32,000 bases of DNA, taken from NCBI RefSeq assembly GCF_037902255.1, contig NZ_CP147990.1:3030001-3062000 (forward strand), given 5' to 3'. This stretch comes from Candidatus Electrothrix sp. GW3-4. Lineage in GTDB: Bacteria > Desulfobacterota > Desulfobulbia > Desulfobulbales > Desulfobulbaceae. Below are positions 25,438 through 32,000 of this stretch, in pieces; position 1 is the first letter of the stretch; every line of letters begins with the position of its first letter. The notes beneath the pieces are model-generated. The model was given only the letters and a program-made list of their open reading frames with translations. It did no database searches and was not told the DNA's origin. A program made the position numbers and the translations under genes.

Positions 25438-26145
25438 ATGTTGTCCCAAAAACACCTTTTAAACCAGCACCCACCTCAGGGCAAACTTGAAGTAAAGGAA
25501 CTCAATATCACATATGAAGGTATTGAGACAAAATGGACAAGAATGACACCGAAGTCATTAAGAAAAAAAGTTACACAAATTCATGAATACACGAAGAGTG
25601 ATCCCAAAAGAGCAATAAATGAAATAGCAAAAATATACCTGCGACACAGAGAGCTACCAGTTCTTAATAATTATTTGTGTTTAAGTTATGAAGCACTAGG
25701 CGACATCGATAGTGTTGAAAAAATAGCAGTTAGAAATTACAGATCATTTCCAAGGTATCTCCTTGCAAAAACAAATTACGCTTCCATTTGTCTGCGCAAA
25801 GGAGAACTTGATAAAATCAAAGAAATATTTGAACATAAATCAGACCTTCAGTCACTTTACCCTGAGAGAAAAGTCTTTCATTATACAGAGTTTCTCGCCT
25901 TCATGAATATCTGGGCCGTATATTTTTATAAAACCGGAGAGAAAAAGGCGGCAATAGCCTGTTATAACTCCATGAAAATAGTGGATGCAGAACACCCTAT
26001 TACCCGGTCTACAAAAATCTTAATACGCCACACCTGGTTATTTTGGCTCATGGGAAAAATCTTTGGCAAAGAACGATTTGATAAAAAAATTGATGAAGCT
26101 TTACAAGCAAAACAAACGCCTTCGAACCATCAAGAAAAACCCTGA
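25438..26145 (+). CDS. Hypothetical helical-repeat (TPR-like) protein (235 aa)
   Basis: Repeated helix-pair pattern (LNNYLCLSYEALGDIDSVEKIA, AKTNYASICLRKGELDKIKEIF, NIWAVYFYKTGEKKAAIACYNSM). AT-rich island composition. Confidence 0.6.
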   Translation: MLSQKHLLNQHPPQGKLEVKELNITYEGIETKWTRMTPKSLRKKVTQIHEYTKSDPKRAINEIAKIYLRHRELPVLNNYLCLSYEALGDIDSVEKIAVRNYRSFPRYLLAKTNYASICLRKGELDKIKEIFEHKSDLQSLYPERKVFHYTEFLAFMNIWAVYFYKTGEKKAAIACYNSMKIVDAEHPITRSTKILIRHTWLFWLMGKIFGKERFDKKIDEALQAKQTPSNHQEKP

Positions 26146-26178
26146 CAAATCGTTTCTTTATTTTATTTATACGCCGTT

Positions 26179-26208
26179 GTAAGCGGTGTCCCTCTCCGAC
26201 CCGCTTAC
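26179..26208 (+). terminator. Hairpin at the right edge of the island
   Basis: GTAAGCGG-N14-CCGCTTAC forms an 8-bp stem, 34 nt after the stop at 26145. No U-tract follows. Confidence 0.3.
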
Positions 26209-26261
26209 TCCTCCCACAGCATCCCCTCCCCCACTCTTTCCGAGCAGTGAAAATTATCCTT

Positions 26262-26289
26262 TTGCAGAAAAAGACATTACAAGTATAAT
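26262..26289 (+). promoter_or_regulatory. Sigma70-type promoter for fabD
   Basis: TTGCAG, 16-nt spacer, TATAAT (a perfect -10), about 115 nt upstream of the fabD ATG. Confidence 0.55.
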
Positions 26290-26402
26290 CGCCCATGGAC
26301 GGCAGGCTCCTAGGAATTATACCCAAGGAGTTTACGCCAAATACTTACCGATACCCAGAAAAACAGCTCATTAAACCACGTAACACCGCATAGAAACAAT
26401 CC

Positions 26403-27353
26403 ATGAAAAAAACAGCAATTCTCTTTCCCGGCCAGGGATCACAATATATAGGCATGGGCCAGGCCTTGATCGAAGCAGATCAGGACGCGGCCGCATTACT
26501 GGAAATGGCCGAAGAAGTTTCCGGCTTCCCCCTGAAAAAGCTCTGCCTTGAAGGCCCAATGGAGGACCTGACCAGGGTCCTGCACCTCCAACCCACCATG
26601 ACGGCCATCAACCTGATCTGCTGGCAGCAGCTTAAAAAGGCCCTGCCTGACTTGGTCCCAGCCTATACTGGCGGACATTCCCTGGGTGAATACTCCGCCC
26701 TGCAGGCCGCAGGCGTATTATCTGCCCAAGACACCATGACCCTGGTGACCAAACGTGGTGAATTTATGGAGCGCGAGGGCGCAGCCAACCCTGGTGGTAT
26801 GCTTGCCGTCCTTGGCCTGACCATTGAGGCAATTGATAACCTGCTCAAGGCCTACACCGGGCCTGGAATCGTTGTCGTGGCTAATCATAATGCAGAGCAA
26901 CAAATCATCATCTCTGGAGACCAGGAAGGACTGGATGGTTTCAGCGCGGTGTGCAAAGAAAACGGTGCAAAAAAAATTATCCCTCTGAAGGTGTCTGTGG
27001 CCAACCATAGTCCTCTGGTTGCTGGTGCTGTGGAAGATTTTTCTGCCTGCATGGCAGCTGTTGCCTTTCATACTCCGCAGATCCCTGTCCTCTTTAATGT
27101 CACCGCGTCCCAGGAAAGCCAGCCAGATACCATCCGGGAGATCATGGGCCGCCAGATTGCCTCACGGGTGCGCTGGTATGAATCCATGAACCGCATGATT
27201 GAGAATGGGGTTGAGGTCTTCCTCGAACTCGGGCCCAAAACAGTGCTCACCGGGATGATGCGCAAAATCCTGCCCCGAAAAAGTCCTGTGACCTGTATCC
27301 AGGCGGATACCCCTGAATTACTGGAGAAGGCAGCTGAAATTATTGCAGGATAA
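26403..27353 (+). CDS. fabD: Malonyl-CoA:ACP transacylase
   Basis: FPGQGSQYIGMG and the GHSLGEYSAL active-site Ser motif; 316 aa, typical length. Confidence 0.95.
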   Translation: MKKTAILFPGQGSQYIGMGQALIEADQDAAALLEMAEEVSGFPLKKLCLEGPMEDLTRVLHLQPTMTAINLICWQQLKKALPDLVPAYTGGHSLGEYSALQAAGVLSAQDTMTLVTKRGEFMEREGAANPGGMLAVLGLTIEAIDNLLKAYTGPGIVVVANHNAEQQIIISGDQEGLDGFSAVCKENGAKKIIPLKVSVANHSPLVAGAVEDFSACMAAVAFHTPQIPVLFNVTASQESQPDTIREIMGRQIASRVRWYESMNRMIENGVEVFLELGPKTVLTGMMRKILPRKSPVTCIQADTPELLEKAAEIIAG

Positions 27354-27377
27354 TCCTTTTTTATTCTGTATAATTTC

Positions 27378-27462
27378 CATCCCTCCCCTTGGGGAGGGGT
27401 AACAAATCATGAAAGTTATTCAAGCGATTCCAAGGAGCCAGCCGCTCCTTTCATATAAAAAT
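27378..27462 (+). repeat. Intergenic repeat family, copy 3
   Basis: CCCTCCCCTTGGGGAGGGGTAACAAATCATGAAAG...TTCCAAGGAGCCAGCCGCTCC...CATATAAAAA. The ATG at 27409 opens a 56-codon ORF ending at 27579. Confidence 0.7.
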
Positions 27463-27575
27463 ATGAGGTCTGACAGCAACCGGACCTCCCTGCAAAAAGA
27501 GCCAGAAAAGGCCTTTCCCGTAACCCTCCTGATTTCCAATATTCTTGTCTGGCGTCGATTGTTTCTGGTTCCTGC

Positions 27576-27604
27576 TTGACATAATTGCATGCATGGGGTA
27601 AATA
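27576..27604 (+). promoter_or_regulatory. Sigma70-type promoter for the ffh operon
   Basis: TTGACA, 17-nt spacer, TAAATA, about 120 nt upstream of the ffh ATG. Confidence 0.5.
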
Positions 27605-27722
27605 ATTCTGCTTTGTTCGTGGTATTTTTGCATTGCGGGCAAACTGCGAGCAATGTATCCGCACCTTGCATGAAGAATAATGAATATGCGTTAGGAAGCG
27701 ATTACTCTAATTTCAGTGGATC

Positions 27723-29075
27723 ATGTTTGAAAATTTAACAGATCGCCTTGAGGGCGTGTTTAAAAAACTGCGCGGGCACGGCAGACTGACAGAAGAGAAT
27801 ATTGAAGAGTCCATGCGCGAAGTGCGTACGGCTCTGCTTGAAGCCGATGTCAACCTCCAGGTCGTTAAGGAGTTTATCGCTTCAGTGACCGAAAAGGCTA
27901 TCGGCAAAGAGGTGCTGTCGAGTCTGGCACCAGGGCAGCAGGTCATCAAGGTTGTCTACGAAGAGCTGGTCACCTTACTGGGAAGTGAGGCAGAACCCTT
28001 ACGTCTCGACGGGGCACAGCCTGTTATTATTATGATGGCTGGCCTGCAAGGCTCTGGTAAGACAACAACATCAGCGAAGATTGCCCGGCAACTCAAAGAA
28101 AAAGGCCGCAAGCCTTTCTTGGTGCCAGCAGATGTCTATCGCCCAGCGGCTATTGAGCAGTTGCATGTCCTGGGTGAACAGCTTGAGGTCCCGGTTTTTG
28201 CCTCCTCTGCTGACCAGAGTCCGGTGGATATTGCCCGGCAAGCCGTAGCTGAGGCAGAAAAAGCGGGTCATGATACGGTGATTATCGACACCGCAGGCCG
28301 TCTCCATGTTGATGAGCAACTCATGGGCGAGCTGCAGGAGATCTCTTCTGCCGTACGTCTCTCTGAGGTCCTGTTTGTGGCAGATGCCATGACAGGCCAG
28401 GACGCGGTCACAGTCGCAGGCAAATTTAATACCGATCTGGAGATCACCGGTGTTGTCCTGACCAAGATGGAAGGCGATGCCCGAGGTGGTGCAGCCCTTT
28501 CGGTCAAAAAGATCACAGGCAAGCCCATCAAATTTGTCGGTGTTGGTGAGGCCCTTGATGCCCTTGAGATCTTTCATCCTGATCGAACCGCCTCCCGTAT
28601 CCTGGGCATGGGTGATGTCTTATCACTCATAGAAAAGGCCGAGCAGGTTGTTGATGAAAAAGAGGCAAAAAAGCTTGCCAAAAAAATTCGAAAAAACATC
28701 TTCACCCTTCAGGATTTCCTTGAGCAGCTACAGAATATCAAGAAGATGGGAAGCATGGAACAGCTCATGGGCATGGTTCCTGGTATTAACAAGCTCAAGC
28801 AGCTGCAAAATGCCCCAGCACCCGACGAAAAAGAGCTGTTCAAGACCGAAGCCATTGTCTTGTCCATGACCAAGAAGGAACGGGCAAATTACAAGATAAT
28901 TAATGCCAGCCGTCGACAGCGGATAGCAAAGGGCTCGGGCACCTCACTTCAGGAGGTCAACCGCGTGCTGAAAAGCTACACCATGATGCTGAAGATGATG
29001 AAAAAAATGCAGGGTAAGGCCGTGGTTACCACAGGTGGAAAACGGCGAAAAAGACCTAAGGGATTACGACGCTAG
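27723..29075 (+). CDS. ffh: Signal recognition particle protein Ffh
   Basis: N and G domains with GLQGSGKTT, DTAGR and TKMEGDARGG. Met-rich M domain with a basic C-terminus. Confidence 0.97.
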   Translation: MFENLTDRLEGVFKKLRGHGRLTEENIEESMREVRTALLEADVNLQVVKEFIASVTEKAIGKEVLSSLAPGQQVIKVVYEELVTLLGSEAEPLRLDGAQPVIIMMAGLQGSGKTTTSAKIARQLKEKGRKPFLVPADVYRPAAIEQLHVLGEQLEVPVFASSADQSPVDIARQAVAEAEKAGHDTVIIDTAGRLHVDEQLMGELQEISSAVRLSEVLFVADAMTGQDAVTVAGKFNTDLEITGVVLTKMEGDARGGAALSVKKITGKPIKFVGVGEALDALEIFHPDRTASRILGMGDVLSLIEKAEQVVDEKEAKKLAKKIRKNIFTLQDFLEQLQNIKKMGSMEQLMGMVPGINKLKQLQNAPAPDEKELFKTEAIVLSMTKKERANYKIINASRRQRIAKGSGTSLQEVNRVLKSYTMMLKMMKKMQGKAVVTTGGKRRKRPKGLRR

Positions 29076-29147
29076 CCCAAACAACACATTGATAATAAGT
29101 AAAATATCTTCAAGAAACAGAAAGCTTCCACAGGAGAGATCAAAATC

Positions 29148-29405
29148 ATGGCAGTACGAATTCGTTTAACCAGAAAGGGACGTAAGAAACAACCATTTTA
29201 CCGCATAATCGTTGCCGACTCACAGGCACCGCGCGATGGAAAATTTCTGGATATTGTCGGCACCTATGATCCTATGCAGGACCCTGCCGTCATCAAGCTG
29301 GACACGGAAAAACTCCAGGAATGGATGGGCAAAGGAGCAATCCCGACAGGAACGGTCAAGACCCTGATCAATAAATATGAAGCTCCTGCTGTTGAGGCAG
29401 CATAA
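29148..29405 (+). CDS. rpsP: 30S ribosomal protein S16
   Basis: [24 protein letters not shown]; SD AGGAGAG; conserved position after ffh. Confidence 0.96.
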   Translation: MAVRIRLTRKGRKKQPFYRIIVADSQAPRDGKFLDIVGTYDPMQDPAVIKLDTEKLQEWMGKGAIPTGTVKTLINKYEAPAVEAA

Positions 29406-29419
29406 CAAGGAGTTGCCAA

Positions 29420-29650
29420 ATGAAAGAGCTTATCTCTTTTATTGCAACCCGGCTTGTTGATGAACCGAACGAGGTCCTAACCGAGCAGCATGAGGAAGAC
29501 GGAACAGTTACTGTTGAGCTTCGTGTTGCCAAGGATGACCTTGGCAAGGTAATCGGCAAGCAGGGACGTACGGCCCGGGCAATGCGAACCGTTCTTGCCG
29601 CAATGGCGGCAAAAGATGAAAAGCGCTCACGACTTGAGATCGTCGAGTAA
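29420..29650 (+). CDS. KH-domain RNA-binding protein (YlqC/KhpA-type, UPF0109)
   Basis: 76 aa; LGKVIGKQGRTARAMRTVL carries the GxxG KH motif; conserved rpsP-KH-rimM synteny. Confidence 0.9.
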   Translation: MKELISFIATRLVDEPNEVLTEQHEEDGTVTVELRVAKDDLGKVIGKQGRTARAMRTVLAAMAAKDEKRSRLEIVE

Positions 29651-29652
29651 CC

Positions 29653-30183
29653 ATGCCTGATGCCAACTCTCAGGACCTTATCCCTCTGGGAAAGGTAACC
29701 AAGGCCCACTCCATTCGGGGAGAGATCAAGGTGCATCCTTTTTCCGGCTCCCCTGAAACAATGCTGCAGTATGCGGAGATCTTCCTTGGTTCGGAGGATG
29801 GCGTCACGCCGACCACCTACCAGGTTAAGCGAGCAAGGGTACAAAAAAATGCCGTGCTGCTCCAGCTTGAAGGATGTAGTGATCGCAACGCGGCGGAAAA
29901 GCTGGTTGGGTTCCAGGTCCATGTTCATAAAGATGCGCTGCCAGAGCCAGACCCGGATGAATTTTACCTCAGGGAGCTGGAGGGGAAACTCTTAAAAACT
30001 ACCGAGGGAAGAGCTGTTGGACGTGTTATCGGTTTCCTTGTCAACAGCGCTCAGGATATTCTCCGCGTCAAGGGAGATGGAGAGGAGTATCTGATACCGT
30101 TGATACCGGAATTTCTTCATGCTGTTCATGAAGATGAGGTGACGGTCTCTTTGCCTCCTGGTCTGCTTGAGATCAACAGCTGA
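29653..30183 (+). CDS. rimM: 16S rRNA processing protein RimM
   Basis: LGKVTKAHSIRGEIKV N-terminal motif, PRC-barrel C-terminus, conserved synteny. Confidence 0.93.
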   Translation: MPDANSQDLIPLGKVTKAHSIRGEIKVHPFSGSPETMLQYAEIFLGSEDGVTPTTYQVKRARVQKNAVLLQLEGCSDRNAAEKLVGFQVHVHKDALPEPDPDEFYLRELEGKLLKTTEGRAVGRVIGFLVNSAQDILRVKGDGEEYLIPLIPEFLHAVHEDEVTVSLPPGLLEINS

Positions 30184-30190
30184 TGCCCTG

Positions 30191-30958
30191 ATGCGTTTTG
30201 AGGTCCTGACAATTTTTCCGGATCTGTTTACCTCTCCTTTACAGGAAGGCATTCTGAAAAGGGCCTTATTGGCTGATCAAATCAGAGTGAACCTCCATAA
30301 TATACGGGAGTGGGCCACAGATAAACATGCCATGACCGATGATCGCCCCTTTGGCGGCGGCGAAGGCATGGTAATGAAACCGGAACCATTGGCTGCCTGC
30401 CTGAAAGATGTTCAGGCAGACGGCAAAGGAACCGTGGTGCTGCTTTCTCCGCGCGGTGCTGTGTATTCCCAGGAGACGGCAGAACGTTTAGCAGGCCTTG
30501 ATAAGCTCATCCTGGTTTGCGGACGGTATGAAGGGGTGGATGAACGCTTCCGACGTCTCTATGTTGACGAGGAGCTGTCCATCGGCGATTATATCCTTAC
30601 CGGTGGAGAACTGGCCGCCATGGTGGTGATTGACTCTGTCACCCGGGTGCTGCCAGGTGTCTTGGGTTGTGCAGATTCTGCGGCCAGAGACACCTTCAGT
30701 TGCGGGCTCCTGAAACACGGGCAATACACGCGACCTCGTGAGTTTTCTGGACTCAGCGTGCCAGAGGTCTTGCTGAACGGTGATCATGCCCGGATAGAAG
30801 AGTACCGCTTTCTCGAATCTGTCCGCGAAACCCTGCATCGTCGACCTGACCTGCTGGGCAAGGTTACGTTTTCAAAGGCGGAAAAAAAACAACTGCGTCG
30901 AGCTGGCCTTTTAAATCAGGTCCAGCAGGCCGCAAGCGGACAGCCGCAACAGAACTGA
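30191..30958 (+). CDS. trmD: tRNA (guanine37-N1)-methyltransferase TrmD
   Basis: MRFEVLTIFPDLF start; GRYEGVDER and GDYILTGGELAAMVVIDS motifs. 30191 is the first in-frame ATG; the ORF-track TTG at 30167 overlaps rimM. Confidence 0.95.
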   Translation: MRFEVLTIFPDLFTSPLQEGILKRALLADQIRVNLHNIREWATDKHAMTDDRPFGGGEGMVMKPEPLAACLKDVQADGKGTVVLLSPRGAVYSQETAERLAGLDKLILVCGRYEGVDERFRRLYVDEELSIGDYILTGGELAAMVVIDSVTRVLPGVLGCADSAARDTFSCGLLKHGQYTRPREFSGLSVPEVLLNGDHARIEEYRFLESVRETLHRRPDLLGKVTFSKAEKKQLRRAGLLNQVQQAASGQPQQN

Positions 30959-30962
30959 GATA

Positions 30963-31541
30963 ATGAAGAGAGCTTTTCGTCTTGACATAGCGCTTATCCA
31001 TTATCCGGTTGTGAACAAAAAACAGGAGGTGGTTGGCTCTGCGGTCACCAATCTGGATCTGCATGATATCGCCCGAGCAGGCAGAACTTTTGGGGTCGGA
31101 AGATACTGGGTAGTGACCCCCTATAGGCAGCAACAGGAATTAGCTGCCAGTATTGCGGGCCATTGGACTGAAGGGTATGGCGGCACCGTCAACCCTGATC
31201 GAGCCAATGCCCTGTCTATCATTCAAATCCGAGCGAGCCTTGAGCAGGTTCTTGCAGATATAAATGAGCAAGACGGGACAGCGCCTCTGGTGGTGGCCAC
31301 CAGCGCCAGTCCACTGTGTAAAAAAATAAGTTTTCAAGGAGTACGGAGCACGTTGCAAGCAGGAAAATCAGTGCTCCTTCTGCTCGGAACCGCTTGGGGC
31401 CTGGCACCTGAGGTGCTTGAGCGAACTGATGCAGCCTTACCCCCGATCACAGGACCGGGGACCTATAATCATCTCTCGGTACGTTCAGCGGCCTCGATTT
31501 GCTTAGATCGGCTGTGCGGGAATTGGGAAGAGGTTGGTTGA
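30963..31541 (+). CDS. Predicted SPOUT-like SAM-dependent RNA methyltransferase (PF09936/DUF2168-like)
   Basis: [36 protein letters not shown] and LLLGTAWGL...[17 protein letters not shown]. It sits between trmD and rplS, as in several lineages. The family call is from memory. Confidence 0.6.
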   Translation: MKRAFRLDIALIHYPVVNKKQEVVGSAVTNLDLHDIARAGRTFGVGRYWVVTPYRQQQELAASIAGHWTEGYGGTVNPDRANALSIIQIRASLEQVLADINEQDGTAPLVVATSASPLCKKISFQGVRSTLQAGKSVLLLLGTAWGLAPEVLERTDAALPPITGPGTYNHLSVRSAASICLDRLCGNWEEVG

Positions 31542-31591
31542 ACAGTTCAAGCCAAATTGAAGAGAAAAAGAAAAATTCGTTAGTAGATAGA

Positions 31592-31597
31592 TATAAT
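31592..31597 (+). promoter_or_regulatory. Possible internal -10 element upstream of rplS
   Basis: Perfect TATAAT 64 nt upstream of the rplS ATG. No convincing -35 hexamer. Confidence 0.25.
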
Positions 31598-31660
31598 CTG
31601 GGGTGGAACGGAGGCATCCATTGGATGTTGCGAGAACAATATCCGCAAAAAAATAAGACT

Positions 31661-32000
31661 ATGAATATTATTGATAAGATTGATCAGGAGCAGATGCGTT
31701 TTGACCTGCCGGATTTTCGTCCGGGAGATACGGTAAAAGTGCATATACGCATTATTGAGGGAAATAAAGAACGCGTTCAGATCTTTCAGGGTGTTGTCCT
31801 GAAAAGAAAACGTGGTATGATGGATGCCACCTTTACGGTGCGCAAAATTTCACATGGTGGCATTGGCGTTGAAAAGACCTTTGCCCTTCATTCTCCTCGT
31901 CTTGAAACCATTGAAATTGTTTCCGAAGGCCGGGTACGTCGTTCTCGTCTGTACTACTTGCGTGACCGTCGGGGTAAAGCAGCTCGTATTCGCGAGCGCG
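31661..32000 (+). CDS. rplS: 50S ribosomal protein L19 (3' end beyond the window)
   Basis: [46 protein letters not shown]... is a classic L19 N-terminus. The frame is open to the window edge, so it is absent from the ORF track. Confidence 0.93.
   Translation, partial: MNIIDKIDQEQMRFDLPDFRPGDTVKVHIRIIEGNKERVQIFQGVVLKRKRGMMDATFTVRKISHGGIGVEKTFALHSPRLETIEIVSEGRVRRSRLYYLRDRRGKAARIRER

Noticed and set aside
27416-27671. Three overlapping minus-strand ORFs (63-83 aa) in the fabD-ffh spacer.
   Set aside because: They are mutually overlapping in different frames and lie over the repeat element and the ffh promoter. No SD or motifs were found.
1-32000. CRISPR arrays, tRNA, rRNA, integrase genes or att-site direct repeats bounding the AT-rich island.
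   Set aside because: Scanning by eye found no regularly spaced repeat-spacer array, no T-loop/acceptor-like tRNA sequence, no integrase-like ORF and no convincing long direct repeat at the island edges. A computational repeat search could still find short att sites.

Overview
This window is a moderately GC-rich bacterial chromosome segment. The protein sequences suggest a Desulfobacterota or deltaproteobacterial-type host, but that is inference only.

Most of the window is core genome:
- Minus strand, 0.1-5.9 kb: clpB, a small membrane protein, two secreted/lipoprotein genes and a rhomboid protease with Sel1/TPR repeats.
- Plus strand, 6.3-12.3 kb: an HU-like/DUF4469-like protein, an SGNH lipoprotein, a large GH13/CBM48 glucan enzyme and a 2x[4Fe-4S] ferredoxin.
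- Minus strand, 12.4-16.7 kb: a degenerate amidohydrolase, a PAS histidine kinase and mutL.
- Plus strand, 17.2-20.9 kb: a ferritin-like protein, a secreted OB-fold-like protein, a small Cys-rich protein, a HAD nucleotidase-like protein and a hypothetical protein.
- Plus strand, 26.4-32.0 kb: fabD, then the conserved ffh-rpsP-KH-rimM-trmD-SPOUT-rplS cluster (rplS runs off the window end).

The standout is a visibly AT-rich accessory island at about 21.0-26.15 kb. It carries a DUF262 (DGQQR, ParB-like) gene and a separate small HNH endonuclease gene, which together look like a two-gene version of a GmrSD-type restriction module. Two uncharacterised genes follow. The DUF262 gene is cleanly interrupted by a 1749-bp IS1634/IS4-type insertion sequence with terminal inverted repeats and a 6-bp target duplication. 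Its transposase is split at an A6G run. A 113-bp inverted-repeat element with 8-bp direct flanks sits just upstream of the DUF262 gene.

Other structure not explained by genes:
- A three-copy, roughly 85-nt intergenic repeat that pairs a GC hairpin/Shine-Dalgarno with an ATG.
- A duplicated copy of the GH13 gene 5' end upstream of the lipase gene.
- Two perfect AT-rich palindromes at about 20.27-20.36 kb.
- Several direct-repeat operator-like arrays.

I saw no tRNA, rRNA or CRISPR array.
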